Source: Firmicutes bacterium UBA1739 (GTDB lineage: Bacteria > Bacillota > Clostridia > Peptostreptococcales > Anaerovoracaceae). From it: a stretch of DNA of 24,000 bases. Within the stretch, counting starts at the first letter, position 1. Every line of letters starts with the position of its first letter. Shown one piece after another: positions 17,364 through 24,000 of this stretch. The stretch covers positions 23,287 through 47,286 of the forward strand of contig DCHZ01000025.1 of the NCBI GenBank assembly GCA_002315385.1. Reading direction: 5' to 3'. A program made the translations under genes and the position numbers. The notes beneath the pieces are model-generated. The model ran no database searches. It was not told where the DNA came from and worked only from the letters and a program-made list of their open reading frames with translations.

Positions 17364-18401
17364 ATGCAGAAGGTTTTTGAAAAAGGAAAAGAATTACTGG
17401 AACAGGGCAAAAGCTTTGTATACGCGGCAATAATATCCAAAAAAGGATCTGCGCCTTCCGATGTTGGGGCCCGAATGATAGTAACGCCATGTGAAGTGAC
17501 GGGAACGATAGGAGGCGGCGGTGTTGAGGCTGATGTAATAGAATATGCAAGAAAACAAACCTTAACAGATAAGAAGGCCGCAATAAGATATTATAATCTT
17601 AATTCAGATGAAGCTGCGGTTTCGGAGTTCATCTGCGGAGGAGAAACCGAGGTTATGCTGCTGTATATTGATGCCGGGGATAAAGATAATCATGAAATAT
17701 TTGCACGGGCCGTGGATGCGGTGGAGCATCAGAAAAAAGCATGGTTTGTATATGGAATAAATAATGAAAACGGCAAATCTCATATTTCTGTTGTATTAAA
17801 TGTAGATAATGAAGGAATATTCGGAAGATTTGAAGAAGGTTCAAATGTCAAACGGGAAATGCTGGCAAATCCTGTGAGAATCGCAATACAGGAGGAGGCG
17901 GATAGAGAAAAAGGCAGAAGATATGTTGTAGACAGCCTGGAGAATCCCGGCAGGATGTATCTTTTCGGCGGAGGACATGTTTCTCTGGAAGTCGCAAAGC
18001 TGGCGGTCGGACTGGATTATAAAGTCACTGTTATTGATGACAGACAGGAGTATTCTAATACAGGGAGGTTTCCGGGCTGCGAATGTCTTACCGTTGGCAG
18101 CTTTGATGAAATACCTGATCTGGAGATTAATTCCAATACATATATTTTAATTATTACCAGAGGGCATGCGGGAGATAAGGCCGCTCTGAAATGGGCTGTT
18201 GACAGAAAAGCGAAATATTTAGGAATGATAGGCAGCAAGTCCAAGAGAGACCGGATTTATGATATGCTGGTCAGTGAAGGCATTGACAGAGAACGGCTTA
18301 ACGCAGTTCATTGTCCCATCGGCCTGCCCATCGGAGCAAAAACGCCTCAGGAGATTGCCGTGAGCATTATGGCAGAGCTGATATCAGAAAGAAGAAAATA
18401 A
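17364..18401 (+). CDS. XdhC/CoxI-family protein of the SDMH cluster
   Basis: FVYAAIISKKGSAPSDVGARMIVTPCEVTGTIGGGGVEADVIEYA, LFGGGHVSLEVAKLAVGLDYKVTVIDDR, LGMIGSKSKRDRI, CPIGLPIGAKTPQEIAVSIMAELI. GGGAGG precedes ATG 17364; the ORF track starts at 17328. Confidence 0.9.
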   Translation: MQKVFEKGKELLEQGKSFVYAAIISKKGSAPSDVGARMIVTPCEVTGTIGGGGVEADVIEYARKQTLTDKKAAIRYYNLNSDEAAVSEFICGGETEVMLLYIDAGDKDNHEIFARAVDAVEHQKKAWFVYGINNENGKSHISVVLNVDNEGIFGRFEEGSNVKREMLANPVRIAIQEEADREKGRRYVVDSLENPGRMYLFGGGHVSLEVAKLAVGLDYKVTVIDDRQEYSNTGRFPGCECLTVGSFDEIPDLEINSNTYILIITRGHAGDKAALKWAVDRKAKYLGMIGSKSKRDRIYDMLVSEGIDRERLNAVHCPIGLPIGAKTPQEIAVSIMAELISERRK

Positions 18402-18557
18402 ACGGAGGATGTTTTCGATTCATAAGGATTCGGTTTTGAAGTCCGGAAAAAATATGATAGAATACAGAAAATGCTATTGCGAAAAAGATGAGAATAAAGG
18501 AATAAAGAAAAAACAGGAAAAACAGTAGAAATCAGAAAAAAGCAGGAGAAGCAGTGT

Positions 18558-19139
18558 ATGAATAATATTTTTGAATCATTAATTGAAATGACCGGCAGAG
18601 CAAAGGGTCTGGTGGAGTTTGCCGACGGAACCGTAGTTATCTGTGACTGGAGCCCTTTGGACGGAAGCCCCAGACTTGCGGTGGGAAGTATGTCAGGTTC
18701 GACAGATCCGGTTGAAGTTGAATCCGAAATCAGAGTAAAGTGCTGGAAGACCTTTGCGGAGGATGCGTCTTCTCTGATTAACTGTCTGGGAATAGATGTG
18801 GAAAGTGAAGAAGACTGCGGAGCTCGTATTTTCAATCTGACAGATGATATTTCGATAATAGTTCCGGACAACTGGGAGGAAAATAAAAAAACAATACCTG
18901 TTGCGGAAACTGAAAAGAAGGACGGAATGTTCTGTACCTGTAAAGATACAGCATGCCGCTTTCATCCTGTAAACCATGACAGGGGATGTACGCCCTGTAT
19001 TGAGAATAATCTCGGGAAGGGGGAAATCCCCGGATGTTTTATAAACAAAGCAGGCCTTCCGGGAAAAACGGAAGGATACTCAATAAAAGATTTTGCGGAG
19101 ACTTTGATGTTTTTGAATAAATCTACTGTGGAAATATGA
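18558..19139 (+). CDS. Hypothetical protein with DUF6485-like Cys-rich C-terminal region
   Basis: 193 aa, AGGAGA RBS; C-terminal FCTCKDTACRFHPVNHDRGCTPCIENNLGKGEIPGC resembles a CxC-x4-C...C-x2-C...C metal-binding pattern. Confidence 0.7.
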   Translation: MNNIFESLIEMTGRAKGLVEFADGTVVICDWSPLDGSPRLAVGSMSGSTDPVEVESEIRVKCWKTFAEDASSLINCLGIDVESEEDCGARIFNLTDDISIIVPDNWEENKKTIPVAETEKKDGMFCTCKDTACRFHPVNHDRGCTPCIENNLGKGEIPGCFINKAGLPGKTEGYSIKDFAETLMFLNKSTVEI

Positions 19140-19221
19140 AATCCGCTGTGATATTATTAGATAAATATGAATTATTTCAATACAAATACAAAATATGATT
19201 CGGTAATGAAGGAGAACCAAA

Positions 19222-19977
19222 ATGAAAAAAATAGTGATTACAGGCGGACCTACCAATGAAGCCATTGATGAAGTAATGAAAATAACCAATATGTCAACGG
19301 GAAGTCTCTCTACCACTCTGTCGGAGCTGTTTCTGAATGCGGGATACAGGGTTACGCTTATTCTGAATAATGTAGTTAACAGCGAAAAGCTTGAAATGAA
19401 TAAAAACGCGGGAAATCTGAAGCTTGTATGGATAGAGAATACACAGGATATGCTTGATGCACTGGAGCGGGAAAGCAGGGAAGGCCAATGCGACTTTATC
19501 ATTCACGCATCTGCTGTAGGTGATTATAAAGCAGACTATACCTTCCTTATGGAGGATTTGGTTTCATATGTATGGAGTCAGATTGAAAAAGGCTGTGTTA
19601 ATTCAGAAGCCGATCTTCTTGAAATAATGCTGAAAAAGGAAAACTATCAGATTGACAACAGCTCAAAAATAAGCAGCTACCAGAAGAATCTTACGGTTAA
19701 ACTTGGCTTGACCCCTAAAATCATATCAAATCTGAGAAAATGGTATCCGGACAGTGTGTTAATAGGATGCAAGCTTCTTGAGAATGTAAGTAAAGAAGAG
19801 CTATACGGTGTAGCAACAAAGCTTTGCAATAAGAATCAGATGGACTACATTTTCGCAAATGATCTGGCAGATCTCAGAAACGGAATGCCGGCCAGATACC
19901 TCGTGAGCCGGGAAGGATATACGGGTACGATGCTGGATACTCCGAAAGACATTTTTGAGTTTGTAAACGGACTGTAG
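19222..19977 (+). CDS. coaB: Stand-alone phosphopantothenate--cysteine ligase (streptococcal-type CoaB)
   Basis: 251 aa; KKIVITGGPTNEAIDEVMKITNMSTGSLSTTLSELFLNAGYRVTLI, IIHASAVGDYKADY, ISSYQKNLTVKLGLTPKIISNLRKW, DYIFANDLADLR. Confidence 0.9.
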   Translation: MKKIVITGGPTNEAIDEVMKITNMSTGSLSTTLSELFLNAGYRVTLILNNVVNSEKLEMNKNAGNLKLVWIENTQDMLDALERESREGQCDFIIHASAVGDYKADYTFLMEDLVSYVWSQIEKGCVNSEADLLEIMLKKENYQIDNSSKISSYQKNLTVKLGLTPKIISNLRKWYPDSVLIGCKLLENVSKEELYGVATKLCNKNQMDYIFANDLADLRNGMPARYLVSREGYTGTMLDTPKDIFEFVNGL

Positions 19978-20127
19978 GAAATGTGAAACCGGCAGCAGAG
20001 CCGAATCCGGAGCGGTAATGTTTCCCGGGCAGCGGCGTCTGTATATGATATGGTACAGTATATGAACACAGCGTTTTGAAAAACTGTGAACAGCAACAAT
20101 GAATGAGTGCTAAACAGAAATTATAAG

Positions 20128-20157
20128 TTGAATTGTTTTTACATTTCATGATATAAT
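20128..20157 (+). promoter_or_regulatory. Candidate sigma-A promoter for the lipoprotein gene
   Basis: TTGAAT (20128-20133), 18-nt spacer, TATAAT (20152-20157). Confidence 0.5.
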
Positions 20158-20179
20158 GAAAAAAAAAGGAGGAAATTTT

Positions 20180-20989
20180 ATGAAAAAGATTATAGCGGTA
20201 TCATTAACAATAGCATTATGCTTATCGCTTTGCGCCTGCGGAAAGAGTGCAAAAGCCGAAAGTGGAGATCAGTTCGTAAAAAGCGGCACACTTACAAAAG
20301 CCAATGTTTCACAGGAAGAATTGTCTCAGATGATGAACGCATTAGATGATGTAGAACGTCAGATGGTTTATTTCGATAACCTTTCATCGATGGTGCTTGC
20401 ACTTAAATCTGATAATATTGATGAATTCTGGAGCACAACACCTGTCGGAAAGTATGTTGTTGAAAATAATGAAGATTTCACAATGGCAGAAATTGACTCC
20501 GGAGTGAAATATTCTATGTGTATGATGGAAGAGAATCAGGTGGTTTGCGATTTGATTAGTGAGGCAATCAAATCAATGAAAGAGGACGGAACTCTGCAGA
20601 AGCTTCAGGCAGATCTTATTGACGGAGAAAACATCAATCTTGAAACAGCTGATTATACACTTCCTGCATTTGACAGCGAAGTTGTTATTAAAGTTGGAAT
20701 CACAGGAGATTTACCACCGATGGACTACACTCTGGCTGACGGTACACCAAGAGGCTTCAACGTTGCTTTCCTTGCAGAATTATCAAACAGAATGGGCATG
20801 AATGTTGAGATAGTAAATATTGATTCGAGTTCAAGAACAGTTGCATTAACCAGTGGAAAAGTAGATGCACTTTTCTGGGTTTCCGTAAGTGATTTAGACG
20901 GAGACGGAATTTTCTCAGACGTTCCAAAGGGCACAGTATTAAGCGAACCGTATTTCGAAACCAAACACTGCACAGTAACAAAAAAATAA
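20180..20989 (+). CDS. Lipoprotein with type-3 solute-binding lobes in apparently permuted order
   Basis: 269 aa from ATG 20180 (GGAGG RBS; the track starts at 20156). Signal peptide MKKIIAVSLTIALCLSLCAC with lipobox. FDNLSSMVLALKS...MKEDGTLQKLQADLI resembles an SBP_bac_3 C-lobe; IKVGITGDLPPMDYTLADGTPRGFNVAFLAELSNRMG...LSEPYFE resembles an N-lobe. Confidence 0.8.
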   Translation: MKKIIAVSLTIALCLSLCACGKSAKAESGDQFVKSGTLTKANVSQEELSQMMNALDDVERQMVYFDNLSSMVLALKSDNIDEFWSTTPVGKYVVENNEDFTMAEIDSGVKYSMCMMEENQVVCDLISEAIKSMKEDGTLQKLQADLIDGENINLETADYTLPAFDSEVVIKVGITGDLPPMDYTLADGTPRGFNVAFLAELSNRMGMNVEIVNIDSSSRTVALTSGKVDALFWVSVSDLDGDGIFSDVPKGTVLSEPYFETKHCTVTKK

Positions 20990-21046
20990 ACTGATTTATT
21001 TGATGCTTGATAAGAATAAGCGGATGCAATAACACAAAACATAAAA

Positions 21047-21090
21047 GGCGGTTTTAATGCAGTCTATGACGTATTGAAGCCGTCTTTTTT
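21047..21090 (+). terminator. Rho-independent terminator
   Basis: GGCGGTTTTAATGC (21047-21060) pairs fully (with GU) to GTATTGAAGCCGTC (21071-21084), followed by TTTTTT. Confidence 0.8.
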
Positions 21091-21212
21091 CTTTATTATT
21101 TATTGCATTTACGGAACAGAGAATTATAATAAAAGCAGGGGAAGCGGTTAGAATTAACCGGACAGGTTTTTTGAAATTCAGTGAAACAAAATCAGAAAAC
21201 GGAGGTAATGTA

Positions 21213-21986
21213 ATGAAGAATTATTTCGATTTAACAGGACAGGTGGCTGTTGTTACGGGTGCTTCGACAGGTCTTGGGGTGCAGATGGCGAAGGCATTTG
21301 CGAATCAGGGCTGCAACATCGTATGCCTTGCAAGAAGAAAAGAACTGGTCGAAGAAAATGCGAAGAATATCGGGAAAGAATATGGAGTGAAAGCCATAGG
21401 AGTAGTATGCGACATTACGGAAACAGACAGCGTTGAAAAAGCAGTTGATTTAATTCTGGAGAAAATGGGGCGAATAGATATTCTGGTTAATAATGCAGGA
21501 ACAGGGGCTGTTGCACCTGCGGAACAGATAACGGATGAACAGTTCGGAAATGAACTCAATATCGATCTGTTCGGAACATTTAAGGTTGCAAGAGCCGTAG
21601 CAGCTAAAGCAATGATTCCGGCAGGATACGGAAGAATTATCAACATTTCATCCATGTATGGCATGGTAGGAAATAAGATTGCACCATGTGCTCCTTATCA
21701 TGCTGCAAAAGGCGGAGTAGTAAACCTTACACGCGCTCTGGCCGGTGAATGGGGAGAAAAGGGCATCACTGTAAATACAATCGCACCGGGTTATTTTGAA
21801 ACACCGCTCACAAAAGAAACACTGGACACACCTTTCTTCCAGGAATATGCAAAAACTATGATCCCGATGTCACGCTACGGAAAAGAAGGGGAGCTTGACA
21901 CTGCGGCGATCTTCCTGGCATCGCCTTTCTCTTCGTATGTTAACGGAATAGTATGTCCTGTGGACGGCGGCTATACATGTATGTAG
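21213..21986 (+). CDS. SDR-family oxidoreductase (gluconate 5-dehydrogenase / 3-oxoacyl-ACP reductase-like)
   Basis: VAVVTGASTGLGVQMAKAFANQG (TGxxxGxG), NNAG, YHAAKGGVVNLTRALAGEW catalytic YxxxK, C-terminal VDGGY. GGAGG precedes ATG 21213; the track starts at 21171. Confidence 0.92.
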   Translation: MKNYFDLTGQVAVVTGASTGLGVQMAKAFANQGCNIVCLARRKELVEENAKNIGKEYGVKAIGVVCDITETDSVEKAVDLILEKMGRIDILVNNAGTGAVAPAEQITDEQFGNELNIDLFGTFKVARAVAAKAMIPAGYGRIINISSMYGMVGNKIAPCAPYHAAKGGVVNLTRALAGEWGEKGITVNTIAPGYFETPLTKETLDTPFFQEYAKTMIPMSRYGKEGELDTAAIFLASPFSSYVNGIVCPVDGGYTCM

Positions 21987-22059
21987 TATAATTCAGACAC
22001 AGGGACAGAATAATTAGACGGGAAATAAATTGAAATCAATCAGATAATGGAGTGAGAAA

Positions 22060-22950
22060 ATGGAAAAACTTATTACTGTAACCGGAACAAATGCTTCGGG
22101 AAAAAGCGGTCTCGGAATAGAACTTGCAATAAAATACAACGGAGAAATTGTTTCGGCCGACTCAAGGCAGGTTTACAAGGGACTTGATCTGGGCTCGGGA
22201 AAAGTAACCAAAGCTGAAATGAAAGGTGTAGTGCACCATCTGATAGATGTGGCCGAACCAAATGATGTTTTTTCACTCCTTGACTTTCAACAGAAGGCAT
22301 ATTCGGCAATAGACGGAATCCATGAACGAAATAAACTCCCTTTTCTGGTAGGGGGGACAGGTCTGTACGTTAACTCCGTTGTTGACGGTTACGATATACG
22401 CAAAGAAAATCTTGATCCGGGTCTCAGAAAAGAAATAGCGGCAAAAAGTATTTTCGAGCTTACGGAAATTCTCAAAGAAAAAAATCCGAAAATCCTTGAG
22501 ACCATAGATTTGAAGAATAAGCGGCGTCTTGAAAGAGCTGTCGAAAGAGCTGTATCGGGAAATACGGAAACCAGAGAGAATAAACCGGAATATAAGACTC
22601 TTGTTCTCGGTGTAACCTGGCCCCGTGAAATTCTGTATGAAAGAATTCGCGAGAGACTGGACAGGAGACTGGAACAGGGTATGATCGAAGAAGTAGAAAG
22701 ACTGAAAGCTGAAGGTGCCACAGACAGCTTTTTATTTGGACTGGGCCTGGAATACAGATACATTAATATGTATCTGAACGGAGAATTCGGCAGCTACGAT
22801 GATTTTTACAATAAACTGTTTATGGAGATACGACATCTTGCCAAGGAACAGATGACATGGTTCCGAAAGCGAAAGGATATTCACTGGATAGATATGGAGC
22901 AGGATCCGCTTGAGGAAGCCTGCGGATATATTGATGATTTTCTGGAATAA
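22060..22950 (+). CDS. miaA: tRNA dimethylallyltransferase
   Basis: 296 aa; VTGTNASGKSGLGIELAIKYNGEIVSADSRQVYKGLDLGSGKVT, HHLIDVAEPNDVFSL, LVGGTGLYVNSVVDGY, EQMTWFRKRKDIHWID. Confidence 0.95.
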   Translation: MEKLITVTGTNASGKSGLGIELAIKYNGEIVSADSRQVYKGLDLGSGKVTKAEMKGVVHHLIDVAEPNDVFSLLDFQQKAYSAIDGIHERNKLPFLVGGTGLYVNSVVDGYDIRKENLDPGLRKEIAAKSIFELTEILKEKNPKILETIDLKNKRRLERAVERAVSGNTETRENKPEYKTLVLGVTWPREILYERIRERLDRRLEQGMIEEVERLKAEGATDSFLFGLGLEYRYINMYLNGEFGSYDDFYNKLFMEIRHLAKEQMTWFRKRKDIHWIDMEQDPLEEACGYIDDFLE

Positions 22951-22981
22951 TGGCTGAGGGACTGTTGAAGTAAATCCGTTT

Positions 22982-23410
22982 TTATTTCATGTTGATAAAA
23001 AACAGACCACCCAGACACATTGCGATTCCCATGAGCTTTTTCCACGTGATTATCTCGTGATAGAAGAAAAGACCTATGAATATTAATGCAACAGCCACGA
23101 CTGCGGCCTGTACGATTTGTGCGGTACTGACGGGCCAGCCGGCTTTGTACGCATAGATATATCCGACTTCAAGAAAAACTATGACAAGCCCCAGTACGAA
23201 GGGAGCCCAGTTAAGTTTGCCGTACTCTGCAATTAGATCTGCATTTTTATTCAGTATGAAATAGAAAACCAGGGAGATTACTGTACCCACCGCATATGTA
23301 ATTGTCAGACTGGCAAAAGGATTCATATCGGAGGGTACGGATTTTGCACAGATCTGATAGAAAATGTTTGCAAATATTATCATTGCAATCGGCCAAATAT
23401 AATTTATCAT
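22982..23410 (-). CDS. EamA/SMR-like four-TM membrane protein
   Basis: About 142 aa from ATG at 23410: MINYIWPIAMIIFANIFYQICAKSVPSDMNPFASLTITYAVGTVIS...GWPVSTAQIVQAAVVAVALIFIG...WKKLMGIAMCLGGLFFINMK. The upstream extension in the track looks non-coding. Confidence 0.8.
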   Translation of the reverse strand: MINYIWPIAMIIFANIFYQICAKSVPSDMNPFASLTITYAVGTVISLVFYFILNKNADLIAEYGKLNWAPFVLGLVIVFLEVGYIYAYKAGWPVSTAQIVQAAVVAVALIFIGLFFYHEIITWKKLMGIAMCLGGLFFINMK

Positions 23411-23768
23411 AATAAACTGCCTTTCATAAAATTCCGGGAATAATTTCACTTTCTTTTTTTCATTATAACACAATAACATATGCAGTTGAATAAAAATATT
23501 CCCCGGGAAAGTCGTGCATCGCACCGGCGACTCGGGCTTCAAAGGAAAACGCATATTGCGGAATAATAATTCCAAACGGATGATTTTTGTAAAATTTCGA
23601 ATATTGAAACTTTTCTGTTAAAAGTTTAGGATTCTGAAAAAAATAATACAATATGTGTTGATAATTAACAAAAATTGTATTAAAATTATTGCAATAACGT
23701 CTCATAAAACAGTTTTGAGGTTCGATGTGATGTATAAACGAAAAATGGAATTAACAAGGAGGATAATA

Positions 23769-24000
23769 ATGGAAAAGAAGAACATTGACTGGGGAAATCT
23801 CAGCTTTCAATATACAAGGACGGATTACCGATTTGTTGCTCACTATAAAGACGGTAAATGGGATGACGGAGAAATCATTACCGATTCTGATGTGGTATTG
23901 AGTGAATGTGCATGTGTATTTCAGTACGCACAGACCTGCTTCGAAGGATTAAAGGCATATACTACTGAAGACGGAAGAATAGTATGCTTCCGACCTGATC
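23769..24000 (+). CDS. ilvE: Branched-chain amino acid aminotransferase, N-terminal part (runs off the window)
   Basis: MEKKNIDWGNLSFQYTRTDYRFVAHYKDGKWDDGEIITDSDVVLSECACVFQYAQTCFEGLKAYTTEDGRIVCFRPD; GGAGG-type RBS. Confidence 0.9.
   Translation, partial: MEKKNIDWGNLSFQYTRTDYRFVAHYKDGKWDDGEIITDSDVVLSECACVFQYAQTCFEGLKAYTTEDGRIVCFRPD

Noticed and set aside
16517-17583. Long antisense ORFs over yqeB and xdhC (146, 159 and 134 aa)
   Set aside because: The plus-strand frames carry clear YqeB and XdhC motifs; the antisense translations look like complements of codon-biased genes.
20156-20179. Eight-residue N-terminal extension of the lipoprotein ORF
   Set aside because: It would overlap the -10 element and the RBS; the lipoprotein signal peptide starts properly at ATG 20180.
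23576-23768. T-box or attenuator leader before the ilvE-like gene
   Set aside because: No T-box consensus (GAGGGTGG-like or TGG-box) or terminator/antiterminator pair was seen by eye. An Infernal search would settle it.

Overview
The window is a chromosomal segment from what looks like an anaerobic, probably spore-forming Firmicute (Clostridia). It carries housekeeping genes: acetolactate decarboxylase 3' end, ArsC/Spx-like protein, crcB, fabV, two-subunit fumarase/tartrate dehydratase, proA, maf, ylmC, coaB, miaA and an ilvE-like 5' end. The dominant feature, at about 10.6-18.4 kb, is a divergent selenium-cofactor / selenium-dependent molybdenum hydroxylase (SDMH) maturation module. The minus arm is yedE - TusA-like - DUF3343 - selD - class-V aminotransferase. 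The plus arm is yqeC - LysR - yqeB - xdhC-like, followed by a fused Cys-rich protein. This module belongs to a known trait, so I do not claim a new system. Items most worth a second look: (1) a perfect 10+1+10 nt palindrome 5' of yedE, with a partly similar half-site nearby; (2) two diverged copies of a 44-nt hairpin in the 10.0-10.6 kb intergenic region; (3) a lipoprotein whose type-3 substrate-binding lobes appear in swapped order; (4) an N-terminally truncated Rh/Amt ammonium transporter; (5) a ThiS/MoaD-like small protein without a terminal GG; (6) a 193-aa protein with an uncharacterised N-terminal domain and a six-Cys tail, next to the selenium genes; (7) a 3 x 20-nt tandem repeat that includes the stop codon of the DUF3343 gene. 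All family assignments were made by eye; no database was searched.
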